From Camelus ferus (Eukaryota), in NCBI RefSeq assembly GCF_009834535.1, contig NC_045696.1, positions 28,832,001 through 28,896,000 of the forward strand: a stretch of 64,000 bases of DNA, written 5' to 3'. Made by a program: the position numbers and the translations under genes. The notes under the pieces were generated by a model, which saw nothing but the letters and a program-made list of their open reading frames with translations, did no database searches and had not been told where the DNA came from. Below, in pieces: positions 28,310-39,668 of this stretch; position 1 is the stretch's first letter; each line of letters opens with the position of its first letter.

Positions 28310-28565
28310 TTTAAGTATCCCTTTCTCTATGAAGCCTTGCATTTTGAACATCTTCACTTAAATCCCCGCCCCAAACCACATGTTCCCTTACCCATAATAA
28401 GCTGCCTTCTGCCACTCCCCCCGAGCGCCCGTAACACTACTATCGCAGCCCTACATTATGTTTGCGTGAACTCTTCTTCTCCAGCCCCACAAACCACCAA
28501 AGTCATCTTTGGATCATGTTCTTGCTCTGCGCCTATTCCGAAGTAGGCACTTCGGACATGTTGAG
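28310..28565 (+). mobile_element. L2 3'-end fragment
   Basis: tatccctttctctatgaagcctt...gcgcctattccgaagtaggcacttcggacatgttga resembles the L2 terminus gtgcctggcacatagtaggcactcaataaat. Confidence 0.5.
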
Positions 28566-29341
28566 CATTTTAATCTATGATATAAAATCTGAGTTAGTGA
28601 ACAGTTTCTACACTTATAGTGAAGGAAATCTACATTTGTGTCCATAGGCTATTTCTTTTAGAGTACTTCATTAGTTCCATTTTGAATATGTGAAATAGAT
28701 TATGTCACTTTGACACAAGGTTTTTGTTTATTGTTTTTTTTTTTAATATCTACAAGGCTGACTTTAAACCATGAGCAGCAAAGTTATGCGCTGAAAGGGA
28801 TAAGAAAACCAGCACAACTGAAGTAAAATAATAAAAATGAATGAAAAAGCCTCGTACGGGATACGCAGTAGTGGGGGTTATGGCCAAATAACGTTCATTT
28901 TTAGCATTCTAAAGGGGGCAGGCACTATTCATTTTCAGACAATTGTTGCACAGAAAGAGCATATTTTTGTGTATCCTGATTTTTTTAATTAGAAATTAGA
29001 TCTTACATTAATTAGTTTGGCTCTCACTCATGATGTATTAATGACAATTCTTCCTTCATTTATTTTTCTTATGCAACTTCTCAAATTTAGGCTGTTACTG
29101 GCGCCCATCTAAACTGAATGACCTTCTTAGCTATTCACGCTAAAGAGGAAAGATGTAAATATCTTGAGTCTCCAAGGTCAGGCTTCTGTTGAACATCCTC
29201 TCACTTTCTATCATCAGTGAGAGAAATCCAATGCACCTCAGCCTGGAATTCAGAAGTCTAACGCCAGTCACCTAATTCAGATAAACATGTTGTCAGACTT
29301 CATAATTTGTAGTGAACAATCAGTTAAAAGCATTGTGTTGT

Positions 29342-29806
29342 TGTAGGGGTAGAAATTTTTTTCTTTTTCTCTTCTAGATTCTTTGAGGGGGTCTAATAAT
29401 TAAATTGACAAAACAGATTAACAGGAGAAAAGCAACTACTGTGCACATGGGAGCCCCATATAAATATGAGACTCAAGGCAGTCTGGCAATTAATCTGCCA
29501 CTCGAAGTGAAGGGATGGGACAGAGCCTGGAGCTTCCGAGGGCTGGAGGGTAATCCACAGGAAAATAAGAACAGATGTTTGGTAATCAGATGTTTGTCTG
29601 ACCATGCAGGTCATTCTTTCAGATAAAAAAGTTATCTCTGCTACTAGCTCTGTCTCTGGGCTAGGCCTCCTATCAAAACTCTTTTAGGCAGTTAAGGTAG
29701 AGGTCAAAGTTCTTCCCGAGTCTGCTAGACCCTGACAGCCTTCAGCTTGAAATAATCCACACACCAAAGTAGCATATTCTAAGGAGTTATATTCTGCACT
29801 CCACCC
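29342..29806 (-). mobile_element. ERV1-class solo LTR
   Basis: Begins tgtagggg. Contains aattgacaaaacagattaacaggagaaaa and ccttcagcttgaaataatccacacaccaaagtagcatatt, seen in ERV1 LTRs. Candidate 4-bp TSD ttgt at 29338-29341 and 29807-29810. Confidence 0.65.
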
Positions 29807-31539
29807 TTGTCTTTGAGTCGGTAAAGCACTCTCTTAAATGAAATCTGCAAGGAGACTTAAAGATTAACTTAAGATACTACATACTTGATTAGTTGAGGGT
29901 CTGATTGAACACATCTACTATTCGATTCATGAATCCTTTTCACATATTAAAACACATTAATTCTATAGACTGAAAGAGCAAAACTGTATTTACGTTTTCT
30001 GACTGTTTAGATAGAGATTACATGAGTCTTTTTAATAATTAAAAGAAATTATTCCAAGTAATAATTTGCACTGAATAATTTCAGGAAGGGTCTGAGGAAG
30101 TAGAGCACCTCTTGCTTTTCCTTATTGAAGATAAATTAGAATCAGAATCTTACACTGTAAAGTGCGCTCTTTTATCCACATGTCATCCTTTTTCCCTTGG
30201 TCTCTCATAACCAGAATATAATGTTCAACTCCCTCTACATTGTCTTACTGATCAGTTTTAGTTCAGTGCTCTGATAATTCACAGCATGGGACTTCATCAA
30301 ATCTTGGTCTGAAAATTTTATTATCACCAATAATTTCTATTAATTTTATCCAAAGCCAAATAACATTTATTCTAAACTTTTCTATTGATAAGAATGAAAA
30401 GCTTTCTCACTATTTACTAACATGCCTGACAGGTACTCGTATCTTCATGCTTCTTCTTTCTAACCCTAACTTCTCCTTAATTTATACACTATGAAACATG
30501 GAAACTCTTTTAATATTTTCTGAAACCTCTTCCAGGTCATAATAATCCATTTCCTGAACTCTTTGCATCATGTTGTATTCCATTGTTTGGAATTTTTAGT
30601 CATTTTCCCCCCCTAAACTTGCTATTAGTAACCAGCATAAGAACAATTTTTTTCTCTTATATGTGTTATAATTAGCATAGTACCTTGAATATTATAATTG
30701 GTCAATAATGTTATAGAAAGAAGGTACCAGTAAAGTTAGGCTGGTATTGTAACTTGGGAACATAAAATTTGACCAAGGCTTCCAGTAATTCAAAACAGAA
30801 ATGGAGGACAGTTATTATAATACTTTCATTATCTAATAAAAGGAAGTAAATGAATTCATAAGGAGAGGGAAAACACCACTTTTGCTGGCTCTAAATGTAA
30901 AGAGAAATTCATTAGGTAAATTTTTTTTTAAAACAACCTAATGGGCATGCTTTTAACAGCATATTAGACTGACTTTTCATCTTGTTTCTTGTGTCTATCC
31001 AGAATAAAAACAATACACGTAACATAGAATCAAATTCCATGAGGGAATCTCTATGGGATTAAAATTATATTACAGCATAGGTTTGAAGAGTTCTTGCTGT
31101 GAGGAATAACATTGAATGATTTTATATACCTGAAAGAGTAGAACTGTAGGTAGCATAGGAAATTGAAATACTTTCTAGGTAGGTTGGTGTAAATGATAAA
31201 GCAAAGGTATTTGGATTTAACTATGGGGAAAAAAAATCAAAGAACTGCAACGTGAGAGACACATGATTAGACTTGTATTTTACAAATTGTACCACTACTT
31301 CTAGCTGCATGTATTTATCCTATTGAAATCACACTGATATATTTCAAAGACTTCTGAAGAAGCAAAGCTTGACTGAAAAGCATAAATTTGTGACCATCAG
31401 TTAGGAATTGGTTACATACGATAACGTAGATCCATATTAATAAATACTCTACAGAACAGCAAAATAAGGAAGATTTATGTTTACAGGTAAGAAAGATCTG
31501 CAAAATATGTTAATAAAAGAAAGAGATTCAATCTCTGTT

Positions 31540-32490
31540 TTTTGCCCCAGGATATAGAATTCTGGAAGCAGGATGATCCACATTGTGAAAGAATGAGCCT
31601 GACTAATTTTTCAACTTTTTTTTTAACCCCCTGGGGATCTGAGTTTAAAGAGTAACCAACTGGCCCAAAATCTACACAGAGATGGTACCGAGAGGGAGAG
31701 AGAGATAGAGATGAGAGGGTATGTAAGAGGTGAACTAGAAAATCTCACACACTGGTTAAGACCGAGTGTGGACTGCAGAGCAGTATGAAAATCCTGAAGT
31801 CGCAGAAATCCACAGTTGGGAGAATCCATGACTCTTTGACAGCTCTTTCTCCACGAACCCTCTAGAGACACAGAAAAGCTTGGAAAGATTTGTAAATTAG
31901 ACTTGTAAAGGAGAGTGGCAGCCGTGAAAGATCCCCACCAGGAAAGTGGTCCAGTCTTCACTACAGAATGGAAGCCCCATCAGGTTCCATGGTAAGAATC
32001 TGAGAAAGATCTGTGCTTGGCTCTGGCAGGAAAGGTGAAGGACAGTCGTTGTGAAATACACATAGAGTTTTCTCTGTGAAAAAGGCCAATTTTCCAGGGC
32101 CAGAGTCACAGCCACAGCTAATCTCTTCTGAGAATGAGAATTCTTCTGTGTCCAGCTCCTTCCAGCTTTTCTGTCTGACCTAAGGGAAGAAGACTACACT
32201 ACCAGCAGGGGTCAGGTGTTCAAGGAAATAGACTGGAAACCCTGAAACCAGGAACTGATTAGGGGAAAAAAAACTACAGCACTGGACAAACTCCTGTGAG
32301 TGCCAGAGACCAGAGGCACGGCCGCCAACGCCGTACCACCACTCCGGCGGGGCTCTAGGATCACAACAATGGATTACGACAGACAGAGTTGCCTGACAAA
32401 GACGCTCTTGGAGGAGGAACACATGGGAAGGCCACCATCAGCAGGGGACCTTGAAGAATGTGAAACTTCTGGCACCTATAAATTTCCATA
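31540..32490 (+). mobile_element. Probable old L1 5'UTR fragment
   Basis: GC-richer, purine-skewed tract with motifs resembling L1M 5' ends (tgagaaagatctgtgcttggctctggcagg). Family not certain. Confidence 0.4.
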
Positions 32491-33654
32491 GCTGTCTGAT
32501 GAATGGCATGGAAATATAAAATGGCAAAAAAAAAAAAAAAATAGTAACTATATCCTTAGTTCTTACTACGTTCAAAGTGACAGTCTGAAGGCTGTTTTAA
32601 TCCTGTTCTACGACTAATTTGTTTATATTGTTGATTTCCTGGTCTCTGACACCCTCATTTTCCAGTTGGCACTTGGGGCAGGCTGATTCTTAGCTGTGAG
32701 GTACTTCCTGAGCACTGCAAGGTTTATTAGCACACAGGGCCATCTGGACACTCAGTTCTCCCAGACCTGCTAGTCATTGTGATAGCCCAGATTGCCACCT
32801 TCTATTTTTTTTTAAATGCTATTCGAAAGGAAACTTTCCTTGAGTTGAGTGTTATATCCAGTTCTAAAATTAAGAAATTATAATAGTTTAAATGATTTTT
32901 GCACTCAATAAAATCAAACCCTTGTAATTTCAACACCAATAATGTTTTACAGGTATGGAAGTATCCTTGCTTGTGTCATCCAGGACCTATTTTATCTGAA
33001 TTATGAAGTACTTGGAATTAGCAGTAGCTGTGTTTTTTTTTTTTTTCCCTGACTAGCACCGATTATTCTACTTCTAGCGACGTAGGCTACCTGGAAGATA
33101 GAGAAATTATAATGTAGAGTAGTGATAACTGACAGTCCAAATAAAAGAAAGAATAAAATAAAGTAATAGAAAGAATGTGTTACCAAGGTTAATTTGTACT
33201 AATTTACACTTACAAAGCACCAAAGAGCAAGTTCTATTATCATAATCAACATAACATAATTGTCTTATGTCTATTAGTAATCACTCAATATCATTATTAT
33301 TTCTAAATTAGACAGCAAGTCATGAGCGGCTTATTTCATTTTAACTACAAATTCTTAACAATTTTATATTATTTCTCTTAAAATAATGCCACATTATAGT
33401 GATAAGTAAGTATGTATATATGCATATATAAAATATTATGACCATATTCATTTCCTGAATTCATATTTATCATGTGGAATCCTTTTTATTTATACCTAGG
33501 AGTAGCAGTGAGGATTCTCTGAACATCTGCTAGAGCTTCTAACTAGGTTCAATGAGAGGAGCTCTCATATAAACAATATTATAATGCATCTTTGGTCAAA
33601 TGAAAAACTTTTGATTATCTTTATCAGCACATTAGTAAAATTTAGTGTTAATTC

Positions 33655-34455
33655 TTCACTCCACACGATATATTGAGGGCCTATCATATAACAGGGATTC
33701 TGTTATTGCTGAGAGAATATTGTGAATCTAACATACACAATGTGAGCCTCATTGAACATACTATTCGGTGATGGAGACAGACAATTAAATATACAGTTTT
33801 TTAAAAAACACCTTTATTGTGGTATGTTTCTTGTACAGTAAACTACACATATTTCAAATGGACAATTTGTTGAATTTTGATAGACGTATACACCCATGAA
33901 ACCACTGGATGGGTACCACAATCAAGATAGCTAACATTTCCATCACTCCCCAAGAGGTGAAATTTTCAAACTCCCAATATATCCCTTCCTATCCCCTTTA
34001 CCCACTGGTAATCATAAGTTTGGTTCTCTATGTTTGTGAGTCTGTTTCTGTTTTATAGATAAGTTCCTTTCTGTCTTTTTTTTTAGATTCTACATATAAA
34101 CGATATCATATTGTTTTAAAGTGACTATCATTACATTGTCTGATTTTCAGGGTGCTATGGGACCACACAGGATATCAGAAAAAAAGGAAGTGAAAAACCA
34201 GAAGGAAGAATATAAAAGAGAAGAAGCTATTTCCTAAGGCTGTAGTGTGAAATGCAGGTCTGACAGTGAAAGATGAGGCTAGAGAGGAAAGCAAACTCCA
34301 AAGCCTGAAGTGTCCCTCAGTCTCTGAAGACGTGTTTGTCCTTCACACTTTCAGAAAAGTAGGAAGTCATTGAAGGACTTTAGAGAAAGGGCATGACCCT
34401 TTAAATTTAGATCTCTTAGACTTTAGAAAGACCCCTCCAAGTATAGTGTGGAAAA
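33655..34455 (-). mobile_element. L2 fragment interrupted by L1 pieces
   Basis: tattgagggcctatcat...gatggagacagacaatt (33670-33790) resumes at ggtgctatggga...gatgaggctagagag...aggaagtcattgaaggacttt...tttagaaagacc (34150-34455). Confidence 0.6.
33797..34112 (-). mobile_element. Two LINE-1 3'-end fragments
   Basis: ctttattgtggtat...cacaatcaagatagctaacatttccatcactccc (old L1M 3' end), then ctggtaatcataagtttggttctctatgtttgtgagtctgtttctg...tagattctacatataaacgatatcata (younger L1 3'UTR). Confidence 0.75.
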
Positions 34456-37400
34456 CATTATAATAAATTAAAAAAAAATTAAACTACAACAGTTCAAATT
34501 CTTTAAACTGTTGCAACTATACAATTTTATTTAACCTATTAATATGTTATAAACTGCTAACATCAAAACTTTATACAATGGAGTATTTGAAATACTCTGT
34601 TTCCTTGTGGTGCTTTTCTATCCCCTGACTCCTTTCCTTTCATAAAGTCAATTATCTTCCTTGTGTTTTATTGTATAGCTGTTAGGCTGAGAAATTCTTA
34701 TGAGGAAAGTCTTAATCATCAAACCTTGGATGTCTTCGTTTTCTGTGACAAGGTTAAGCCATTGCCATCATAGATCACTGTGAAATTCAAGGCTGGTTGA
34801 CCATGAATCCTTGGCCACAATAACTGGGGCAGGGAAGGAATGTTGATTGAACTGAGCTCTCTCCTATATGGTATTTAAACTCCTAATCTTAATGGTTGTA
34901 GTAGAGACCTGAGTCATATGATTGGTAGATGGAAAGACGAATGTTCTTCAAAGGTATTATATTAAAGTCTTTGGAACAGTATATGATTATAATCATCTTA
35001 GGATGAGTTTGTCAACTCTTCCTTGGATTTGATACGATGTGAAGTATTCTTAAATAAATACATTTTCCTTGAGCTATTTTGATTTTTTGATTAGCTTTAT
35101 GTTTCTTAGAAACAAAGTTATATACCTTCTATGTTATCAAAGTAATCATTTGAGAAACAAAAGAATTTGAGGTCTGCTAGTACTAAAATATCTAGCACAC
35201 CGGCATTTCTTTACTGAGCAGAAATATTTTTTGTGCTCAGTCAACTTTCTTAACATATACCTGTTAGGTTTTAATACCTGTTTGGATGATTTCATCTGTA
35301 TAAACAGATGATCCTAATTCACCAAATTTCAAAATTTGGGGAAAAAAATCACCTACTAGAGGCTCTGAGATAGGATAATAGTTAATTTAGCAGCTCATTG
35401 ATATCTAATATTAAGAATCTACATCTCTCTTTTTGTGCCCTCAACATGTGTTCTCTTTTTGTGTTTTCAACATGCCAACTGTATCCACACATTGTTCCAA
35501 CACTGCTGCAGTAGCTATGATCATCTCATTCTCCCGTAACAATACCGTATTTCTGGAATACATGATGCTACTTAGAAATATCTACATTTAAAGAAATAAT
35601 TTAGAACCTAAATTCTAAGTTCTAACTTAGAAATTAGAATCTAGGATACAGAAGCATTTTTAAGATCATCAAATATAACATTCTCCTTTAAAGATCTGAA
35701 ACTGTATCTCCCAAATTTTTACTTAAATTAATGGCTTCCTGGCCAATAAATTCTTGTATACATAAACAAAAAGTGTGAAAGGGGATTGGCTAGAGTTTGG
35801 TTCAAGGAATAAAAAAGGCAGACTGTGTGTGAAAGATTTGTCCTCCAAGGTACTGAGTCATGGGTAGTGATGGTGGGTCGTAGGGATGAGGGAGATAGGG
35901 AGTTGAGAAAGACAACAGATATATTTAATCAGCTCAATGATATCAATTTGCACTTGGCACCATGGTGTTTTATCTTTTGTATGTGTTCATTTCTAACTCT
36001 GAGATATCAAATTCATGTGGAACGTCCCTCAGGCCGCTGGAAGAATGTTTCATTCAAAATTCAAATTCTGGAGGACTGCACTTGAAGACTTGGTTCCTGT
36101 TTGTTGGAAATTTACAATAAAATTGGGAATACAGAACTAACACAACTTATTGCTAATAATTATGGGTAAAGTGCTACAGAATTCTTGAATTCAAAATGTG
36201 CCCCACAGAGTTTTAAAATTTGAAAAGTCACTTGGAGATAAAGGCTACCGTTACTTCATTTGGGCACTGATGTTTTAACCAAAGTGGCATCTCCCCCCTA
36301 TTTTACATACTGAGTCTCCAACAAAGATTGTATTTGAAGAAAAAGAGACAGTCACAAAATTTTGTAAACAAGGAACTAGAAAGTTACGGAGGAGTGGTAT
36401 TTAAAGTAAGGCATAGAAAGTTTGCTCATATTACTGTAATGTTACATTTTATTTTTCTACTTTTTCCCTCATGGCACCAATGCAAGTAAGATGTATGTGT
36501 AATGTATATACACAATATCTATGTATCTTTTGATAGAACATCATAAGTAGAAAAACAACCTTGCTTCATTTAGTGAAAACAACACCTTCATAATAATAGC
36601 ACTATATTATGAAGGTGTTGTTTTCACTAATATGAAAGCAAGGTTGTTTTCTACTTATGATGTTCATATCAAAAGATACATAGATATTGTGTATATACAT
36701 TACACATACAATCTTACATTGCATTGGTGCCATGAGGGAAAAAGTAGAAAAATAAAATGTAACATTACAGTAATATGAGCAAACTTTCTATGCCTTACTT
36801 TAAATACCACTCCTCCGTAACTTTCTAGTTCCTTGTTTACAAAATTTTGTGACTGTCTTTTTCTTCAAATACAATCTTTGTTGGAGACTCAGTATGTAAA
36901 ATAGGGGGGAGATGCCACTTTGGTTAAAACATCAGTGCCCAAATGAAGTAACGGTAGCCTTTATCTCCAAGTGACTTTTCAAATTTTAAAACTCTGTGGG
37001 GCACATTTTGAATTCAAGAATTCTGTAGCACTTTACCCATAATTATTAGCAATAAGTTGTGTTAGTTCTGTATTCCCAATTTTATTGTAAATTTCCAACA
37101 AACAGGAACCAAGTCTTCAAGTGCAGTCCTCCCAGAATTTGAATTTTGAATGAAACATTCTTCCAGCGGCCTGAGGGACGTTCCACATGAATTTGATATC
37201 TCAGAGTTAGAAATGAACACATACAAAAGATAAAACACCATGGTGCCAAGTGCAAATTGATATCATTGAGCTGATTAAATATATCTGTTGTCTTTCTCAA
37301 CTCCCTATCTCCCTCATCCCTACGACCCACCATCACTACCCATGACTCAGTACCTTGGAGGACAAATCTTTCAACACACAGTCTGCCTTTTTTATTCCTT

Positions 37401-38784
37401 GAACCAAACTCTAGCCAATCCCCTTTCACACTTTTTGTTTATGTATACAAGAATTTATTGGCCAGGAAGCCATTAATTTAAGTAAAAATTTGGGAGATAC
37501 AGTTTCAGATCTTTAAAGGAGAATGTTATATTTGATGATCTTAAAAATGCTTCTGTATCCTAGATTCTAATTTCTAAGTTAGAACTTAGAATTTAGGTTC
37601 TAAATTATTTCTTTAAATGTAGATATTTCTAAGTAGCATCATGTATTCCAGAAATACGGTATTGTTACGGGAGAATGAGATGATCATAGCTACTGCAGCA
37701 GTGTTGGAACAATGTGTGGATACAGTTGGCATGTTGAAAACACAAAAAGAGAACACATGTTGAGGGCACAAAAAGAGAGATGTAGATTCTTAATATTAAT
37801 GATATCAATGAGCTGCTAAATTAACTATTATCCTATCTCAGAGCCTCTAGTAGGTGATTTTTTTCCCCAAATTTTGAAATTTGGTGAATTAGGATCATCT
37901 GTTTATACAGATGAAATCATCCAAACAGGTATTAAAACCTAACAGGTATATGTTAAGAAAGTTGACTGAGCACAAAAAATATTTCTGCTCAGTAAAGAAA
38001 TGCCGGTGTGCTAGATATTTTAGTACTAGCAGACCTCAAATTCTTTTGTTTCTCAAATGATTACTTTGATAACATAGAAGGTATATAACTTTGTTTCTAA
38101 GAAACATAAAGCTAATCAAAAAATCAAAATAGCTCAAGGAAAATGTATTTATTTTAAGAATACTTCACATCGTATCAAATCCAAGGAAGAGTTGACAAAC
38201 TCATCCTAAGATGATTATAATCATATACTGTTCCAAAGACTTTAATATAATACCTTTGAAGAACATTCGTCTTTCCATCTACCAATCATATGACTCAGGT
38301 CTCTACTACAACCATTAAGATTAGGAGTTTAAATACCATATAGGAGAGAGCTCAGTTCAATCAACATTCCTTCCCTGCCCCAGTTATTGTGGCCAAGGAT
38401 TCATGGTCAACCAGCCTTGAATTTCACAGTGATCTATGATGGCAATGGCTTAACCTTGTCACAGAAAACGAAGACATCCAAGGTTTGATGATTAAGACTT
38501 TCCTCATAAGAATTTCTCAGCCTAACAGCTATACAATAAAACACAAGGAAGATAATTGACTTTATGAAAGGAAAGGAGTCAGGGGATAGAAAAGCACCAC
38601 AAGGAAACAGAGTATTTCAAATACTCCATTGTATAAAGTTTTATGATGTTAGCAGTTTATAACATATTAATAGGTTAAATAAAATTGTATAGTTGCAACA
38701 GTTTAAAGAATTTGAACTGTTGTAGTTTAATTTTTTTTTTTAATTTATTATAATGTTTTCCACACTATACTTGGAGGGGTCTTT
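34427..38784. repeat. Long near-perfect inverted repeat (palindrome), arms ~2.17 kb, centre 36600-36601
   Basis: 34427 aaagacccctccaagtatagtgtg is the reverse complement of 38761-38784. Centre caccttcataataatag-ca-ctatattatgaaggtg. Mirrored ORFs 35825-36085(+) and 37082-37429(-) share most of their peptide. Confidence 0.98.
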
Positions 38785-38884
38785 NNNNNNNNNNNNNNNN
38801 NNNNNNNNNNNNNNNNNNNNNNNNNNNNNNNNNNNNNNNNNNNNNNNNNNNNNNNNNNNNNNNNNNNNNNNNNNNNNNNNNNNN
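38785..38884. other. Assembly gap (100 N)
   Basis: Run of exactly 100 N directly abutting the palindrome's right arm. Confidence 1.
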
Positions 38885-39567
38885 TAGAAATCTCTGACTA
38901 AAATGCCGAAGCCTTAGTTCTCTGTGAGTTTGTCTGCAACTCATCACAGGATTATGAATAAACATGACTGGAGGAGTATGCAGATTGCCTAATAGAAAAG
39001 CCATGAATGTTTTAACACCCAGGGGTTCAAATTATAATAAAGGGATAGCAGCTGTCACTGGAGGCAAGCTACAAGATCACCTTTGCATCCCTGCAGCAAT
39101 GAATTCAACAACAATTTAGCCTTTTTCTGGCAAGTAGAGTCTCCAAAGACATCCACGTATCTCTACAGCTCAGAGGTCCATGCGTAGGACTGTTGCCTTA
39201 TATTACACTTACTCATTTTTTAGCACTATTTTCCAAATATCAAAGATTTTTTTCAAAGAAGTGTAGGGTGATTTCCCGTATTTTGTTAAATTATGGGAAG
39301 AGAGATTAAATGGCCCCTTCTAATCATTATTGTTGATTGCTAATATGGTGTGCCCTTTCTATTTTAATAAAATATCACTCTATGTAGTATGTATGCAGGT
39401 GTGATTTCTGCACTAATGCTTTTGTAAAAATATCTCAATTCATGTATCTCATGGCAAACTTTTACAGGAAAAATACAGAGAGAGATTTTACTGAATACTT
39501 CAGAGGAACTATGTAAAGTGTTTACTAGATATGCTGCTGCATTTAAGAGAGTGAAAGTGCTGGTCAT

Positions 39568-39668
39568 TCTTACAGCCGCACTTGCGGGATTACTCATGCA
39601 GAGTCTCCTGGGTTTTCAACATCAGTATTCCACCACCCTGACTGCAGCTTTCACTCGTAGGATTTATA
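39568..39668 (-). promoter_or_regulatory. Candidate TATA promoter and short first exon
   Basis: Minus strand: TATAAA 39668-39663, TCA initiator-like site at ~39639, and donor GCT|GTAAGA at 39574/39573. Motif evidence only. Confidence 0.3.

Noticed and set aside
35825..37429. Apparent pair of inverted paralogous genes (86 aa and 115 aa ORFs with shared peptide)
   Set aside because: Simply the two arms of the palindrome. They differ by frameshifting indels and have no recognisable homology.
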